A DNA stretch of 64,000 bases from Octopus sinensis. Taxonomy: Eukaryota. Numbering within the stretch: the first letter of the stretch is position 1; every line of letters begins with the position of its first letter. This document shows positions 1-13,146 of this stretch, one piece after another. The translations under genes and the position numbers were made by a program. The notes under the pieces are model-generated. The model did no database searches. It saw only the letters and a list, made by a program, of their open reading frames with translations, and had not been told where the DNA came from. The stretch is taken from positions 49,538,001 through 49,602,000 of the forward strand of contig NC_043006.1 in assembly GCF_006345805.1 (NCBI RefSeq), written 5' to 3'.

Positions 1-312
1 GAAAACAAGTAAACGACCACTCTGTTAACAAATTTTTTCTGAAAAGCTGATGCAGTAAGAATATATTTATCACGGAAATATGTCTGCAGAAGCATGTCTA
101 TGGAAGAAACAGGTGGAATTTTAATAACAGATTAAAAGCTAAACAAAGATGCTTTCTGTTTCCAAATATACATACATACATACATACATACATACATACA
201 ACATACATAATACACACACACATGTATTATTAATAGTTAGGGAATATAAAATTCCAAGCCAATAGGGAAAAAATTCAATTTAGTACACTAATCATTCATA
301 AATTCACAATAT

Positions 313-423
<111 letters not shown>

Positions 424-639
424 ATGCTATATATATAGTGTATATATACATACATATATTTATATATATATATATATATAATATATAATATAATATAATA
501 ATGTATATTATAATATATATATTTATACATATATATATATATTATACATATATATATATATATGTATGTATAAATAAATATATATATATATACATGCATA
601 CATACATGCATACATATATATATATATATAGAATGTGAA

Positions 640-908
640 GGCGCATGGCTCAGTGGTTAGAGCGTCGAGCTTACGATCATGAGGTTGTGAGCTCGACTCC
701 CGAACCGGGCTGTGTGTTGTGTTCTTGAGCAAGACACTTTATTTCACGTTGCTCCAATTCACTCAGCTGTAGAAATGAGTTGCGACGTCACAGGCGCCAA
801 GCTGTATCGGCCTCTTTGCCTTTTCCTTGGATAACATTGGTGGCGTGGAGAGAGGAGGCCGGTATGCATGGTTGACTGCTGGTCTTCCATAACAACCTAG
901 CCCTGACT
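640..908 (+). mobile_element. tRNA-derived SINE, cut off by the assembly gap
   Basis: A-box TGGCTCAGTGG, B-box-like GCTCGACTCC and central TTGAGCAAGACACTT domain; related copies at about 40455-40718 (-) and 63170-63485 (-). Confidence 0.8.
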
Positions 909-1008
909 NNNNNNNNNNNNNNNNNNNNNNNNNNNNNNNNNNNNNNNNNNNNNNNNNNNNNNNNNNNNNNNNNNNNNNNNNNNNNNNNNNNNNNNNNNNN
1001 NNNNNNNN
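909..1008. other. Scaffold gap (100 N)
   Basis: Run of exactly 100 N between a SINE and a (TA)n tract. Confidence 0.99.
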
Positions 1009-1026
1009 ATTATATATATATTATAT

Positions 1027-1059
<33 letters not shown>

Positions 1060-1105
1060 CTATAACATATATATTATATACATATATATATATACATATA
1101 TATAT

Positions 1106-1237
<132 letters not shown>

Positions 1238-1242
1238 ATAAT

Positions 1243-3105
1243 TTTCCACTCCTTGAAAAGGACGGCACACTCACAGGAAATCCAATGAGAGTAAGTGAAA
1301 TACTAATGAGCAATTCAAGTGTAATTTCACTACCACCCTACGGCATTCAAGTCAGCAATCCAACTGACTTCTTTACCACTGCAGATATAAATAGAGGCAG
1401 CGATGATTGATTACATCAATATAAAGGAAGACGATGTAATAAAGGCTATTGATGAAATGAAAACCAACTCAGCTACTGGCCCCGATGGATTCCCAGCAAT
1501 CCTTCTAAAAGTATGTAAGAGAGTCCTAGCAAGACCACTGCAGTTCCTCTTTCAGAGCTTCCTTGCAACTGGCAAACTTCCAAGAAAACTGAAGGAAGGT
1601 AAAATATTCCCTATTTATAAAAGAGGTAGCAGAGTGGAGGCCAAGAACTACAGACCTATCTCTCTGACCTCACACATCAGCAAGGTCATGGAACGAATAG
1701 TCAGAAGGAAACTAATCACCTTCCTTGAAGAAAATGACTTGCTGCCTGACACCCAACATGGTTTCCGAACAGGAAGAAGCTGCTTAACTCAGCTCCTACA
1801 ACACTATGACTGGGGGTGCTGAAACGACTGCTCAACCACTCAAATGTGGAAGTCATATATCTCGACTTTGCAAAGGCCTTTGATAAAGTCGATCATGGAA
1901 TGATATGTCACAAACTGCGTGATCTTGGCATAGATGGAAAATTGGGAGAATGGCTTCATGACTTTCTGAAGGATAGAAGTCAGGTGGTAGTAGGCAATGG
2001 GGCCACTTCCATTAACACACAAAAGGTGAGCGTCGTTCCGCAAGGCACTGTTCTGGGACCACTACTGTTCATAATGGCCCTCTCAGACATGCCTCCAGCC
2101 ACGCAGAGAGCCACGATCACAAGTTATACAGATGATGCAAAAGTTTCACAGATAATACAGAACCCTGAAGACACTAAGCACCTGCAATGTGAGCTGGACA
2201 AAATATACAAGTGGGCTGAAAATAATAGCATGCAGTTCAATGCTGAAAAGTTTCAAGCTTTATGCTATCAGCATGCAAAACTAAATGCAATACCCAATAA
2301 ATACATTGGACCTGGAGGGATTGCAATCCCAGAGGCACAATCAGTGCGAGACCTGGGTATTTACATGAGTGATGATGCAACCTTTCATGTGCATGTTGCT
2401 AAATTGGCAATGAAATGTAGGTGGCTGACCGGATGGATTCTTAGAATCTTTGGAACAAGAGACCAGGAAACCATGATGGTCCTCTGGAGGACACTTGTCT
2501 TAAGCCACTTTGACTATTGCTCTCAGCTATGGTCACCATCCAGTGTCAAGTTAATCACAGAACTTGAGGCGATCCAACGAAGCTACACGAAGAAGATAGC
2601 CTCTGTGCAGCATATAAGCTATTGGGAAAGACTCAAGAGATTGGGACTCTATTCCTTAGAGCGTAGGCGAGAAAGATATGCCATAATATACATCTGGAAG
2701 ATCCTAGAAGGACTTGTCCCAAACTTTCGCATCGAGAGTTACACAAATGCCAGAACTGGGCGCCACTACATAGTGCCAAGGACTCCAAATTTGCCATCAA
2801 GATGTAGAACAAGATACTGTGATAGCCTGGGCTTCCGAGGCCCACAGCTCTTCAATATCCTCCCGAAGAACCTAAGAGACCTGCATGGGGTGGATGCAGA
2901 TGTCTTTAAAATAAAACTGGATCTATTCTTGTCAGGTGTCCCAGATGAACCAACTTCACGGCAGGAGGTGCAGATGAGGACAGCTGCATCGAACTCTCAC
3001 ATGCACCAAATGGCAATTGCTAAAAAGCATTCGTGAAGTAAAATCATGTAGCAACACCAAAATGCGGTGCCCCAGCATGGCCACAGCTTGTGAGCTGAAC
3101 AAGAT
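1243..3105 (+). mobile_element. 5'-truncated CR1-clade LINE (RT and C-terminus of ORF2), one frameshift near 1816
   Basis: ORFs 1403-1822 and 1816-3036 contain GPDGFP, YRPISLTS, QHGFRTGRSC, YLDFAKAFDKV, VPQGTVLGPLLF, a YTDD RT core and LGLYSLERRR; a short 3' tail ends near 3105. Confidence 0.93.
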
Positions 3106-3295
3106 AATATATAGAATATATATATATATATTATATATATATATTACATACATACCCCTATATAATATATTTATACACATATACACAGAAGGAGATATAT
3201 TTAGCATAAAAAACATAAATATATACAAATGCATATATATGTTTATACGCACACACACGCACGCGCATAAAACCTTCTGGTGTATGCTTATACAA

Positions 3296-6200
3296 AATCG
3301 AAGCGGCCAAAGAAGGCGAAGGAACCGGCGGTCGTTCCTGCACATGATCGTTCTTGTGCGGATTCTTCCTCATCTGCCTTTTCGGTCCCGGAGGTTCCCC
3401 AACCTAGTTCGAGGAGCGTAGACTCAAACCCACCTGAAGACCGTTGTTCTCCCCAAAAGAAGAAACGTAGTCAAAACTCCAGAGGGGCAGATTTGGCTAT
3501 GAAACCTGATCACGATAAAATCTGTTTGGATTCTCCTTCACTTGTCCTTCCCATTAATGCCATTGCTCAACCAATTCTGAACGATCTCGATGTGGGTTCA
3601 TCTGGGGGAGTGTGCTCCCCCAAACCGAAGAAGAGGCAGTGCAGTTCCAAACCAGCGGGAAAATTATGACCACAAATCCATTCCGATCGACCCCACAGGC
3701 CGACATAAGCCGATGGCTATGAAACCACCCTTTCGAAATCCTCCAATGAAGAATCGAATACCGCAGCTCATAGTAGAGACTTTTTGCCCACTCAAGATTG
3801 GCAATAATATATGGCAAGGCTGAATCCACCTGTGATACAGGCATAAACCGCCTAAAAGATGACATTAATTTTGTTTCCGTTTTGGTTGGAAAATTGTTCT
3901 CTGTGAACGAAAATGTCAGTGTTCTTAAGGTCGCTCGGCTAGGAAGATTCCAAGCGAACCCAACCGCAGATACTAGACCACGCCCAATAAGGGTAATCTT
4001 TTCTTCTGATCGGGAGGCTTCAGTCTTTCTGAACAGAGCTCAGACGCATGCCTGGGAGGACCCCAATATGGGTTTTCGCGAGGAATACTCACTAAGAGAG
4101 AGAATTCGCCGGAGGAACCTGATATCCGAGCTAAAGATGAGGAAACAAATGGAGAGAAGGGTTTACGAATCCAAGTGGACATATCAAGTCCTACCTCTGG
4201 TCCCATGCTGTAGTGCTGACAGGAAAGTGATGTGAGGGCAAATCGAAGTGAAGTTGATACCCCCGTCAACGATGCTATCTCTGATGCCCTTTATTCTGTT
4301 TGTGTTCCCAACTCCCGCCCCTCAGACTTCACAGCATCAGCATCGTCTACACCAACTCGTGCTCCTTATTCCCAAAGTTCAGTGAACTATTTACACTGGC
4401 CCTACGCGACTCCCCTGATGTGATAGCTATCACCGAGACTTGGCAGACTCCAGCAGTAAAGGACTCAGAGATCCACCTGCAGGGCTACGTCCTTTTCAGA
4501 TGTGACAGAGGAAAAAGGCGAGGTGGAGGTGTTGCTGTGTATGTTAAGTCTGAGCACAAACCGTCCTGCGGTATTCTACCCACAAATGCTCAACCTACAA
4601 CAAAATTCGATGCCGTCTATTGCAAACTGAGCCTATCTGAGTTTTGCCTGCCCGTGTTGGCTGTCTACAGGCCGCCTCTAGCCGACCCCCAGGACGATGC
4701 TCATCTACTCGAAGCGATAAGATTCGTTTCAGCTTCGCATGACTGCTTGGTACTAGGCGACTTCAACGCTCCCACGATCGATTGGCCCGCATCAATTTGT
4801 ACAACATCTTCCCGGTTCGGCCAGGCCCTTCTTGACGTGGCTGAAGATTGTTTTCTATCGCAACATGTTGAATATCCGACAAGCATCGGTCTGGGCAGCA
4901 GCCATCTATGCTAGATCTGGTATTCTCCCGCTATCCAAGATCAGTGTCAGACGTATCTGTGTGCGCCCCTCTTGCCAAGAGTGATCATGCGGTCCTGAAG
5001 TCGTCACACACAACTTTTTCCACGCCCACGATTACTTCGCTGCCACGTAGAGTCTTCTCTGCAATTAATCTTGAAATTCTAACCGAGGCTTCCGAGCTTC
5101 TGACTGGCGTTCCCTGATGACGTTGTCCTCAGTTGACGAACTATGGTCATCCCTCAAAGCATATGTAATCTGTTTGACTGACCAGGCAGTTCCCGTTGGA
5201 CTTCCCAAGAGGAAGAAACACAAGCCCTGGGTGACGAAGAAGGTTAAACGAGAACGTCGACTCAGAGATATTGCTTGGGCTGAATTCAAAAATCTGGATT
5301 CGACTGCAGCTTTTGAGGTGTACAAAACTCAACGAGACCGAGCCGTGAAAATTGAAAAGAAAAAATTCAGTTATGAATACAAAATCGCGGCAAATGCCAG
5401 TAGCAATCCAAAAACCTTCTTTGCCCATGTCCAGCGGAATTCCCGCTTGAACAACCAGATTGCAACGTTGGTAGACTCAACAGGCGTATCGATTGAGGAC
5501 CCTTATCAACAGAGTCAATTATTTGCCGAGGCTTTTTCAACTATTTTCAAACAAGATGATGGTCGTGAACCCCCTCCATTTGATAGATCGGTACCTCCAA
5601 TGCTTCGATTGATCATCACGCGGGACCAAGTCAAACGTTTATCCAAGGCCTCGATGTCAACAAGGGTCACGGCCCTGACGGCATACACCCACGGTTATCA
5701 AAGCGTTGGCTCCGGTCATCTGCGAGCCCTTAACACGACTATTCAATATGTCATTGGCGACGGGTGTTATACCTGCAGACTGGAGAACAGCGATAATCTG
5801 CCCAATTTTCAAGAAAGGGAGCCGCGAAGACCCGCTTAACTACCGACCGGTTTCCCCTACATCAATAATCAGCAAGATGTCGAAACCATCCTTAAGAAAA
5901 GTATGATGCTCCACCTCCTAAACCCACAGCCTCGATCACTGATTCCCAACACGGCTTCGTGCCGAAGAGATCATGCTTGACCAACTTACTAGTAATGGAA
6001 GAATTGGTGACGTGCATCCTCGATGATAGTGATGCTGTTGACATCGTGTTATTGGACTTTGCCAAAGCTTTTGACTCGGTAAACCACCGCCTACTACTTG
6101 TTAAGCTTCAAGCATATAGTTTCCATCCAGGATATGTACGATGGGTTGGTGCCTTCCTCTCAGATCGCTCCTTCCAAGTTCAAGTTAATGGTTCGCGGTC

Positions 6201-7200
6201 CGACGTCTCCAGTGCGAGCAGTGGCGTGCCTCAAGGTTCAGTGCTTGGGGCCTTGTTGTTCTTAGTCTTCATAAATGACTTGCCCGACGACCTCACGCAA
6301 CACACCCTTCTATTTGCCGACGATATCAAACTGGTCGCTCCTCGCGGTAGTATAGAGGATCTTCGTCGATGCCTCCACCAAATTTGGAAGTGGTCTAACG
6401 ATTGGGACCTGTGTCTGAACGTGTCAAAGTGCTGTCATCTGCCTGTCGGCTCTACTTCTGCAACTCAACTTGATTTCGAGCCGGGTCGTCTGCTGCTGAG
6501 AGGACCGATCAGGTAAAGGACCTGGGTATCTTGGTGGTATTCCTCCTTTTCGCCTTCGGCCCAGTTCGTCCATGCTGCCAACAAAGCGCGCGGAATTCTG
6601 TTTTTGATTCGACGGTCATTCGAATGCTCACAGCAGCCATATTCCTGCCATTCTATGTCACGCTGGTGAGACCCATATTGGAGTATGGGATTCAAGCCTC
6701 TTCTCCTTATCTCCTCAAGACATACAGCACCTCCAAGAGTCCAGAGGCTGGCTACCCGCATGGTTCATGGTCTCAAAAATTTGTCCTACGAAGAAAGGCT
6801 GAGGACGCTCGACCTTTGTTCTCTCTTGAAAAACGCCGCCGCCGTGGTGATCTCATTCTCGCCCACACATCATAAGCGGGAAGTGTAACCTCTCGAAAGA
6901 GCTGTTCTTCACTCCTGCTCCGGAGCGTCGGCTGCGGGGTCATTCCGAAAAGCTCTACCTGCGACGATTTCATCTCAATCGAAGGAGAGGAGCTTTCTCC
7001 GTCCGGGTTGCGGATCCGTGGAACAGCTGCCAGACGAGATGGTGAAGATGCCGACGACCGCTTTGTTCAAAGCCTCCCTGGACCTCAAGTGGCCTGAACT
7101 CTTTACATGAACACCACCCTGTACTTAACTCCATGTCCCCCACATGGCCTTGCTATTGCTTTTGAGCCAAATTAACTAACTAACTAACTAACTAACTAAC
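3296..7200 (+). mobile_element. Near full-length CR1-clade LINE (ORF1 remnant, APE endonuclease, RT), multiply frameshifted, (TAAC)n tail
   Basis: ORF1-type motif RLG..RPRPIRVIF; endonuclease motifs AITETW, RGGGVAVYV, VYRPP, LGDFNAP, SDHAVL; RT motifs LDFAKAFDSV, GVPQGSVLG, FADD; tail (TAAC)7 at 7173-7200. Confidence 0.92.
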
Positions 7201-7379
7201 TCCTAAATACATCTCCTGTATATATATATATATATATAATATTATATTATATACTACCAAACATGACCTTTTTGAACTCCTAATACTTTTCTGTGTATGT
7301 ATATAGATACTTCCAAACAAACATTATTTTTTATGAACTCCTACTATTTTTATTGAACTTTTGTTTAATATTTTCTCAA

Positions 7380-7590
7380 GATATTTCCTTGTAAACTGTT
7401 TTTATCATTTTCTTATTATCAAAGAATGTATATATGTATTTTAATACTTTTGTGACAACCAGTACTTAACAGAACAAAGCTTATTCAAAGTTTTACATTT
7501 TACTTTTAACAATCTTTTTCTAAAAACGCGAAACCGGTCAAGTGAATAAATATCTTTAAAATTGCATTTTCAAACCATTTTTCATATACA
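7380..7590 (+). repeat. Dispersed AT-rich repeat, possibly a Penelope-type remnant; inverted copy at about 22760-22990
   Basis: Shared GAAACCGGTCAA.TGAATAAA core and flanks align in reverse complement. The Penelope assignment is inference. Confidence 0.55.
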
Positions 7591-8901
7591 TTTCCACTCG
7601 TGCGGTACCTTACAACTTCACTTTCTTATATACATATATATATATATATATATTTATACTTTAATAATAAGTAGCAAAAATATCACGGAAACTATTACTC
7701 AAAATTTCACGTTCCCGTTTGACGGACAGTTTTGTTTAGAATGGAGCAAGATAAAGTTATATGCAGAAATACAATTACTTTGTTAGATACACATTTCAAA
7801 ATGGTTTTGTTTTATTGGTCCTTTCAACTAACGGTATTCAAAACAATCGGTTGCATGAAATAACAATTGTTGTTTAAAATCATATTATTGTAAAAATCGA
7901 AGAAAACCCTAAATCACAAATAGAAGGAATAAGGCCTGAATACCCAAGGTCAATAGTTAGGTGTAAAAATAATAATAAATTAAAAGATATATCCGTTTAA
8001 AAACTGTTATGCTAAAATATATATACATTTAACAATATCAAAACAATCTGTTATATACATATATACACTAAACATATAGGCGTAGGTACATGACTGCGTA
8101 CACATACAGACATACATAGGCAAGACATAAGTATATACAAATGCATATATATGTATGCACGCACATACACGCACGCGCATAAGACCTCCTGATGTATGCT
8201 TATACAACTTAGTTGCTACAGGCGAAAAAAAGAAAAGGAAAAATCAAGGAATAATAAGTGGGGGGGGGGAAGAAAGAAAAATGGGAAAGAAGAACGAATA
8301 AAAGAAAAAGAAACAGAAAATTAGAGAGAGAAAGGGAAAATAGATAGAGGTAGAGAGAGTAAAATTATTGGTGCTCCTATAAGTATCTAACAAATGTTAG
8401 ATACTTCGTATGATATATGTATGCATGTATATATAGCAAATTTAAATAGGAGCAAATTTAAAAGAGTTGTTAACTATGAATGGTAATATCCTTACATATT
8501 TTGATAATTTATATCTCTATCTTCTCTCTATATAAAACTGAAATGCGTTTTTACCGCTTGGATCGCTTTCAATGCCACTACATCCCGTCCGATTCGCTCC
8601 AAAATTTACAGGGACATGTAGAATGAGGTGACGAAATCCCTATCTTAAAAGGTGTGGTTGCTAGGGGGCATCTTCCTCACTCACGCTATTTGCTCCTTTC
8701 CCTCTCTTACTCCCCTTCATTATAACTTTGAGAATTCCACTCCCGTTATTTAATGTATTCCCCTTTCACTTTCCCTTTATAAGTTCGTCAAGCGGCGTTC
8801 TTTGATGTATCTGTTTGCATTCATAGGGAGAATTATCATCGCTACCAACAACACACAATCATGAGAACAAATATTATGAATCAGATATTCTTGCGTTCAT
8901 T

Positions 8902-8929
<28 letters not shown>

Positions 8930-8932
<3 letters not shown>

Positions 8933-8956
8933 TCTATATATAAATATGTATATATA

Positions 8957-9001
<45 letters not shown>

Positions 9002-9200
9002 CTATATATAAATATGTATATATAATGTATGTGTGTGCGTGTGTGTGTTCTATATATAAATATGTATATATAATGTATGTGTGTGTGTGTGTGTGTGTTC
9101 TATATATAAATATGTATATATAATGTATGTGTGTGTGTGTGTGTTCTATATATAAATATGTATATATAATGTATATATACAAAGTGTATATATCTGTATT
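8930..9200. repeat. About 40-bp compound minisatellite, (GT)n-TCTATATATAAATATGTATATATAAT, inside Helitron A
   Basis: Repeating unit visible directly; a longer inverted array lies at about 28400-28900. Confidence 0.85.
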
Positions 9201-9464
9201 TATGTACATTAAACTTTTTCATACTTTTTCATAGTTATATATATTTTTAAACAAATTATAATTATGATTTAATAATTTTTATTTTCAATTTAAATAATTT
9301 AAATTTTTCAATTTTATATTTTATATATTTTATATATTATATACTTTTTTTAATGTTTTTGTTTTTGGTTTTTCACTGTTTGATTTGCCTATTTGTGGTT
9401 TTATCTCTAATTTAATTTATACAGATATATATCTCATTTGTATACATTTATATATATAATGCGT

Positions 9465-9529
<65 letters not shown>

Positions 9530-10367
9530 TATATATATATAATGTGTGCATTACGTAGTCGGTCGATTCAGCTGAAAATATGCACACCTATGTTAAAAGT
9601 GCTGGCAAGTTTGCATGACCACTATTTTTTTCCTCAAATGAAAGGCGTCACCTCTAGGACAAAATTCCTCATTTTATAAAATGTGGCCCCAGTAGACCCG
9701 AATGAATCCGGGTTATATTAACCAAAATGTGAAAAGGGGTCTAAATGGGGCAGGAAGGGGATTAAAATTTCATGGAGCGGGTGTTTAGGAATTCTCCGTT
9801 ACATCAAGCTAAAAAATTTGAGCCAGCCTTTTAATCGTCAATGTGTTGTTGTCCATGATGAAGAAGTTTTCAATGCTTGCCATGGTGAGTCTACTGTTGT
9901 GAGAAAGAATCACTTCAAAACTTGGTGTTTAGGGATTTTCTTTTACATCAAGTTCAAAATTTTACGCCAGCCCTTAAACTGTCAATACGTTGCTGTCCGT
10001 CGTTAAGAAATGCCAGTCATGGTGACACTATTATCCTCACATTCTATCCCTTCAAAATTTGGTTTCCAATATTTTATTATTTTTATTCAGCTCGCAAGTT
10101 CGTCTGTCCCTTTTAAATGTTAGTGTTTTGCTGTCTGCCTTGAAGCAGACCTTTCCGTTGTTACTGCCTGATATTTATGATTGATCTTTCTAAATATTTT
10201 ATTTCTCAACTTACTCAAGATCTTCTGTTGTTTATAAATGGGAGAGAGATAGATAAAGATAGAGAGTAAGAGAAAGCGAGGGAGAGTCAGAGAGAAAAGA
10301 AAAGTAAGAGAGTGGGAAAGTGAGAGAGAAAGGAGAGAGAAACAAAGAGGGAGAATCATCTTCATCA

Positions 10368-10665
10368 TCATCGTTTAACGTCTGTTTTCCGTGCTAGCAC
10401 GGGTTGGACAGTTTGACCGGGGTCTGGGAAGCCAGGAGGCTACACCAGGCTCCAGTCTGATCTGGCAGTGTTTCTACAGGTGGATGCCCTTCCTAACGCC
10501 AACCACTCTGTGAGTGTAGTGGGTGCTTTTTTCGTGCCGCCGGCACAGGTGCCAGTGGGGCTCGCAGCGGCAAGGATCGGTTGGTGCTTTTTACGTGCCA
10601 CCGGCACAGAAGCCAGTCAAAGCGGCGCTGCAATCGGCCACGTTTGGATGGTGCTTTTTACGTGC
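10368..10665 (-). mobile_element. SINE 3' portion carried inside Helitron A
   Basis: Minus strand has GGAAGGGCATCCA.CTGTAGAAAC and a GACGTTAAACGATGATGATG tail; the homologous piece lies at about 26110-26375. Confidence 0.7.
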
Positions 10666-10733
10666 TGAAAGGAAGCAACAGAAAGTAACAACCACACTCT
10701 TACCCGCGCGTAGAGCGGGTCACCTTCAGCTAG

Positions 10734-10865
10734 TCTCTCTCTATAAAACTGAAATGCGTTTCGACCGCTTGGATCGCTTTCAATGCCACTACATCCCGTC
10801 GGATTCACTCCAAAATTTACAGGGACATGTAAAATGAGGTGACGATGCGGGTCACCTTCAGCTAG
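10734..10865 (+). mobile_element. 132-bp internally deleted mini-Helitron of family A, head-to-tail after copy 1
   Basis: Starts TCTCTCTCTATAAAACTGAAATG directly after CTAG; ends GGGTCACCTTCAGCTAG. Confidence 0.75.
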
Positions 10866-10911
10866 TATATATATATATATCTATACAATATGTTACATTA
10901 CTCGGTAGTCA

Positions 10912-10973
10912 AGATAAAACTCTGAGTTTCAGATGCCGAAGTGGAAATCACAACACCATCTCTTCGGTTATCT
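10912..10973 (-). ncRNA. Type I hammerhead-like motif (Penelope pLTR type), minus copy
   Basis: Reverse complement of the 10978-11040 motif with a 1-nt indel in stem II. Confidence 0.5.
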
Positions 10974-10977
10974 GGCT

Positions 10978-11040
10978 AGATAACCGAAGAGATGGTGTTG
11001 TGGATTTCCACTTCGGCATCTGAAACTCAGAGTTTTATCT
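10978..11040 (+). ncRNA. Type I hammerhead-like motif (variant core)
   Basis: Stem I AGATAA/TTATCT; core CCGAAGA (U4C variant); stem II GATG..CATC; T-GAAA; stem III AC-TCAGA-GT; cleavage triplet GUU. Confidence 0.55.
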
Positions 11041-11273
11041 TGACTACCGAGTAATGTAACATATGTATAGATATATATATATACTAGCTGAAGGTGACCG
11101 CATCGTCACCTCATTTTACATGTCCCTGTAAATTTTGGAGTGAATCCGACGGGATGTAGTGGCATTGAAAGCGATCCAAGCGGTCGAACGCATTTCAGTT
11201 TATATAGAGAGAGACTAGCTGAAGGTGACCCGCTCTACGCGCGGGTAAGAAGTGTGGTTGTTACTTTCTGGCT

Positions 11274-11336
11274 AGATAACCGAAGAGATGGTGTTGTGGA
11301 TTTCCACTTCGGCATCTGAAACTCAGAGTTTTATCT
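11274..11336 (+). ncRNA. Type I hammerhead-like motif, third copy
   Basis: Identical to 10978-11040. Confidence 0.55.
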
Positions 11337-11444
11337 TGACTACCGAGTAATGTAACAATATTGTATAGATAATTTCCTCTATTTACATAATATTGAGGTC
11401 TCTTTCTTTCTTTTGTATCTTACTACCGTTTTATCAATATGTAT

Positions 11445-11466
11445 ATATATAATATATATTATATAT

Positions 11467-11546
<80 letters not shown>

Positions 11547-11875
11547 CATATACACATACATATATATAGATCATATGGGTGGCAAATTCGCAATTTTACA
11601 ACCTAAAAGTAGAGATATATACATCAATAAACTCTACATGGGCACTAATCAGCAACAGTATTGCTAGAAATAAGAGTCAAAAAACACAAGAGCAACAAAA
11701 AGCATATATATATATATATATAGCGTATATATACTATAGCATATATAAAAAATAAAGTGATGGTATAGTATTGGATTGGTATAGACATCTTTCTTGATGT
11801 ATTTATATTTAATACTTTCAAAATATATGAATATGACATTGTGCTATGTGTGTGTGTTTCATGATATATATATGT

Positions 11876-11921
<46 letters not shown>

Positions 11922-11933
11922 GTGTATATATAT

Positions 11934-11976
<43 letters not shown>

Positions 11977-12031
11977 TGTTGTGTGTGTATATATATTATA
12001 TATGTATATATATATATGTATATATATATAT

Positions 12032-12069
<38 letters not shown>

Positions 12070-12132
12070 GTGTGTGTGTGTATATATATATATATATGTG
12101 TGTATATATAGATATATGTATATATATATATG

Positions 12133-12163
<31 letters not shown>

Positions 12164-12195
12164 GTGTGTGTGTATATATATATCTATATATAGTG

Positions 12196-12260
<65 letters not shown>

Positions 12261-12261
12261 G

Positions 12262-12292
<31 letters not shown>

Positions 12293-12490
12293 GCTGTATA
12301 TATATATGTGTGATATATATATATATATATATGTGTATATATATATATGCATATATATATATGTGTGATATATATAGATATATATATAGATATGTATATA
12401 TATATATATATAGGTATCTATATATATATTATATGTATATGTATATATGATATATGTATATAATATATATCTATATATATATATATGTGT

Positions 12491-12536
<46 letters not shown>

Positions 12537-12575
12537 CATATATATATATATATGATCATAATATATATATATGAA

Positions 12576-12615
<40 letters not shown>
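11445..12615. repeat. Long degenerate (TA)n/(TATG) microsatellite region with an AT-rich non-repeat island at about 11570-11850
   Basis: Visible directly; source of the IY-repeat ORFs. Confidence 0.95.
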
Positions 12616-12616
<1 letters not shown>

Positions 12617-13146
12617 CACACACCACTTCTCTATAGGTATATCTATGTGTGGTGTTCTTTGTGTTCGTGTTTGTTCCCCACCGCCGCTTGACGGGAATAT
12701 TATTGTATTAGATTTGCTGGTATGAAAGATGAAACCAAATTCAGCAAAATTTTAATTCGGAAACTGGAAAGGGTGTGAGGAAATAGTGCAAAGTATTTTG
12801 TCCACCAGTAATGATTCTACCAATCCTACCGCTTATAATTTTACAACAAAATTATAATAAAGGAGGAACCACTTTAATCCGTTGAGGAATAGGAAAGTGG
12901 ACATTGACAGTGATTAATCAAATCCGTGTTTTTTTAGGTGACCAAGAAATTCTATTGTGAAAAGGAAGTTACAATAAAATGAAAAACATTTTAAATACAA
13001 TTGAAAAACATATTTACCAGAATCATAACAATAGAATTTATTATTCCCCCAATTATTACCTTGTTTATAATCTCTTACTCATATTATAACAGGATACAAA
13101 ATGTCACTCACTGTTCGGCCCTGAATTGAAATGGTATTTCCAAGTT

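Larger units (their letters stand above)
8524..10733 (+). mobile_element. Non-autonomous Helitron family A, copy 1
   Basis: 5' TC(TA)TATAAAACTGAAATG start; 3' hairpin CCCGCGCGTAGAGCGGG followed by CTAG (10730-10733); whole length aligns in reverse complement with 26045-29310. Confidence 0.8.

Noticed and set aside
7525-7545. Hammerhead at GAAACCGGTC (and the inverted copy near 22806)
   Set aside because: The 3' half resembles Penelope hammerheads, but the CUGANGA core and stem II are missing.
9818-10116. Paired ORFs at 9818-10116 and 26619-26923 as a conserved gene
   Set aside because: They are the same internal segment of two Helitron A copies; the similarity reflects the repeat, not coding constraint.
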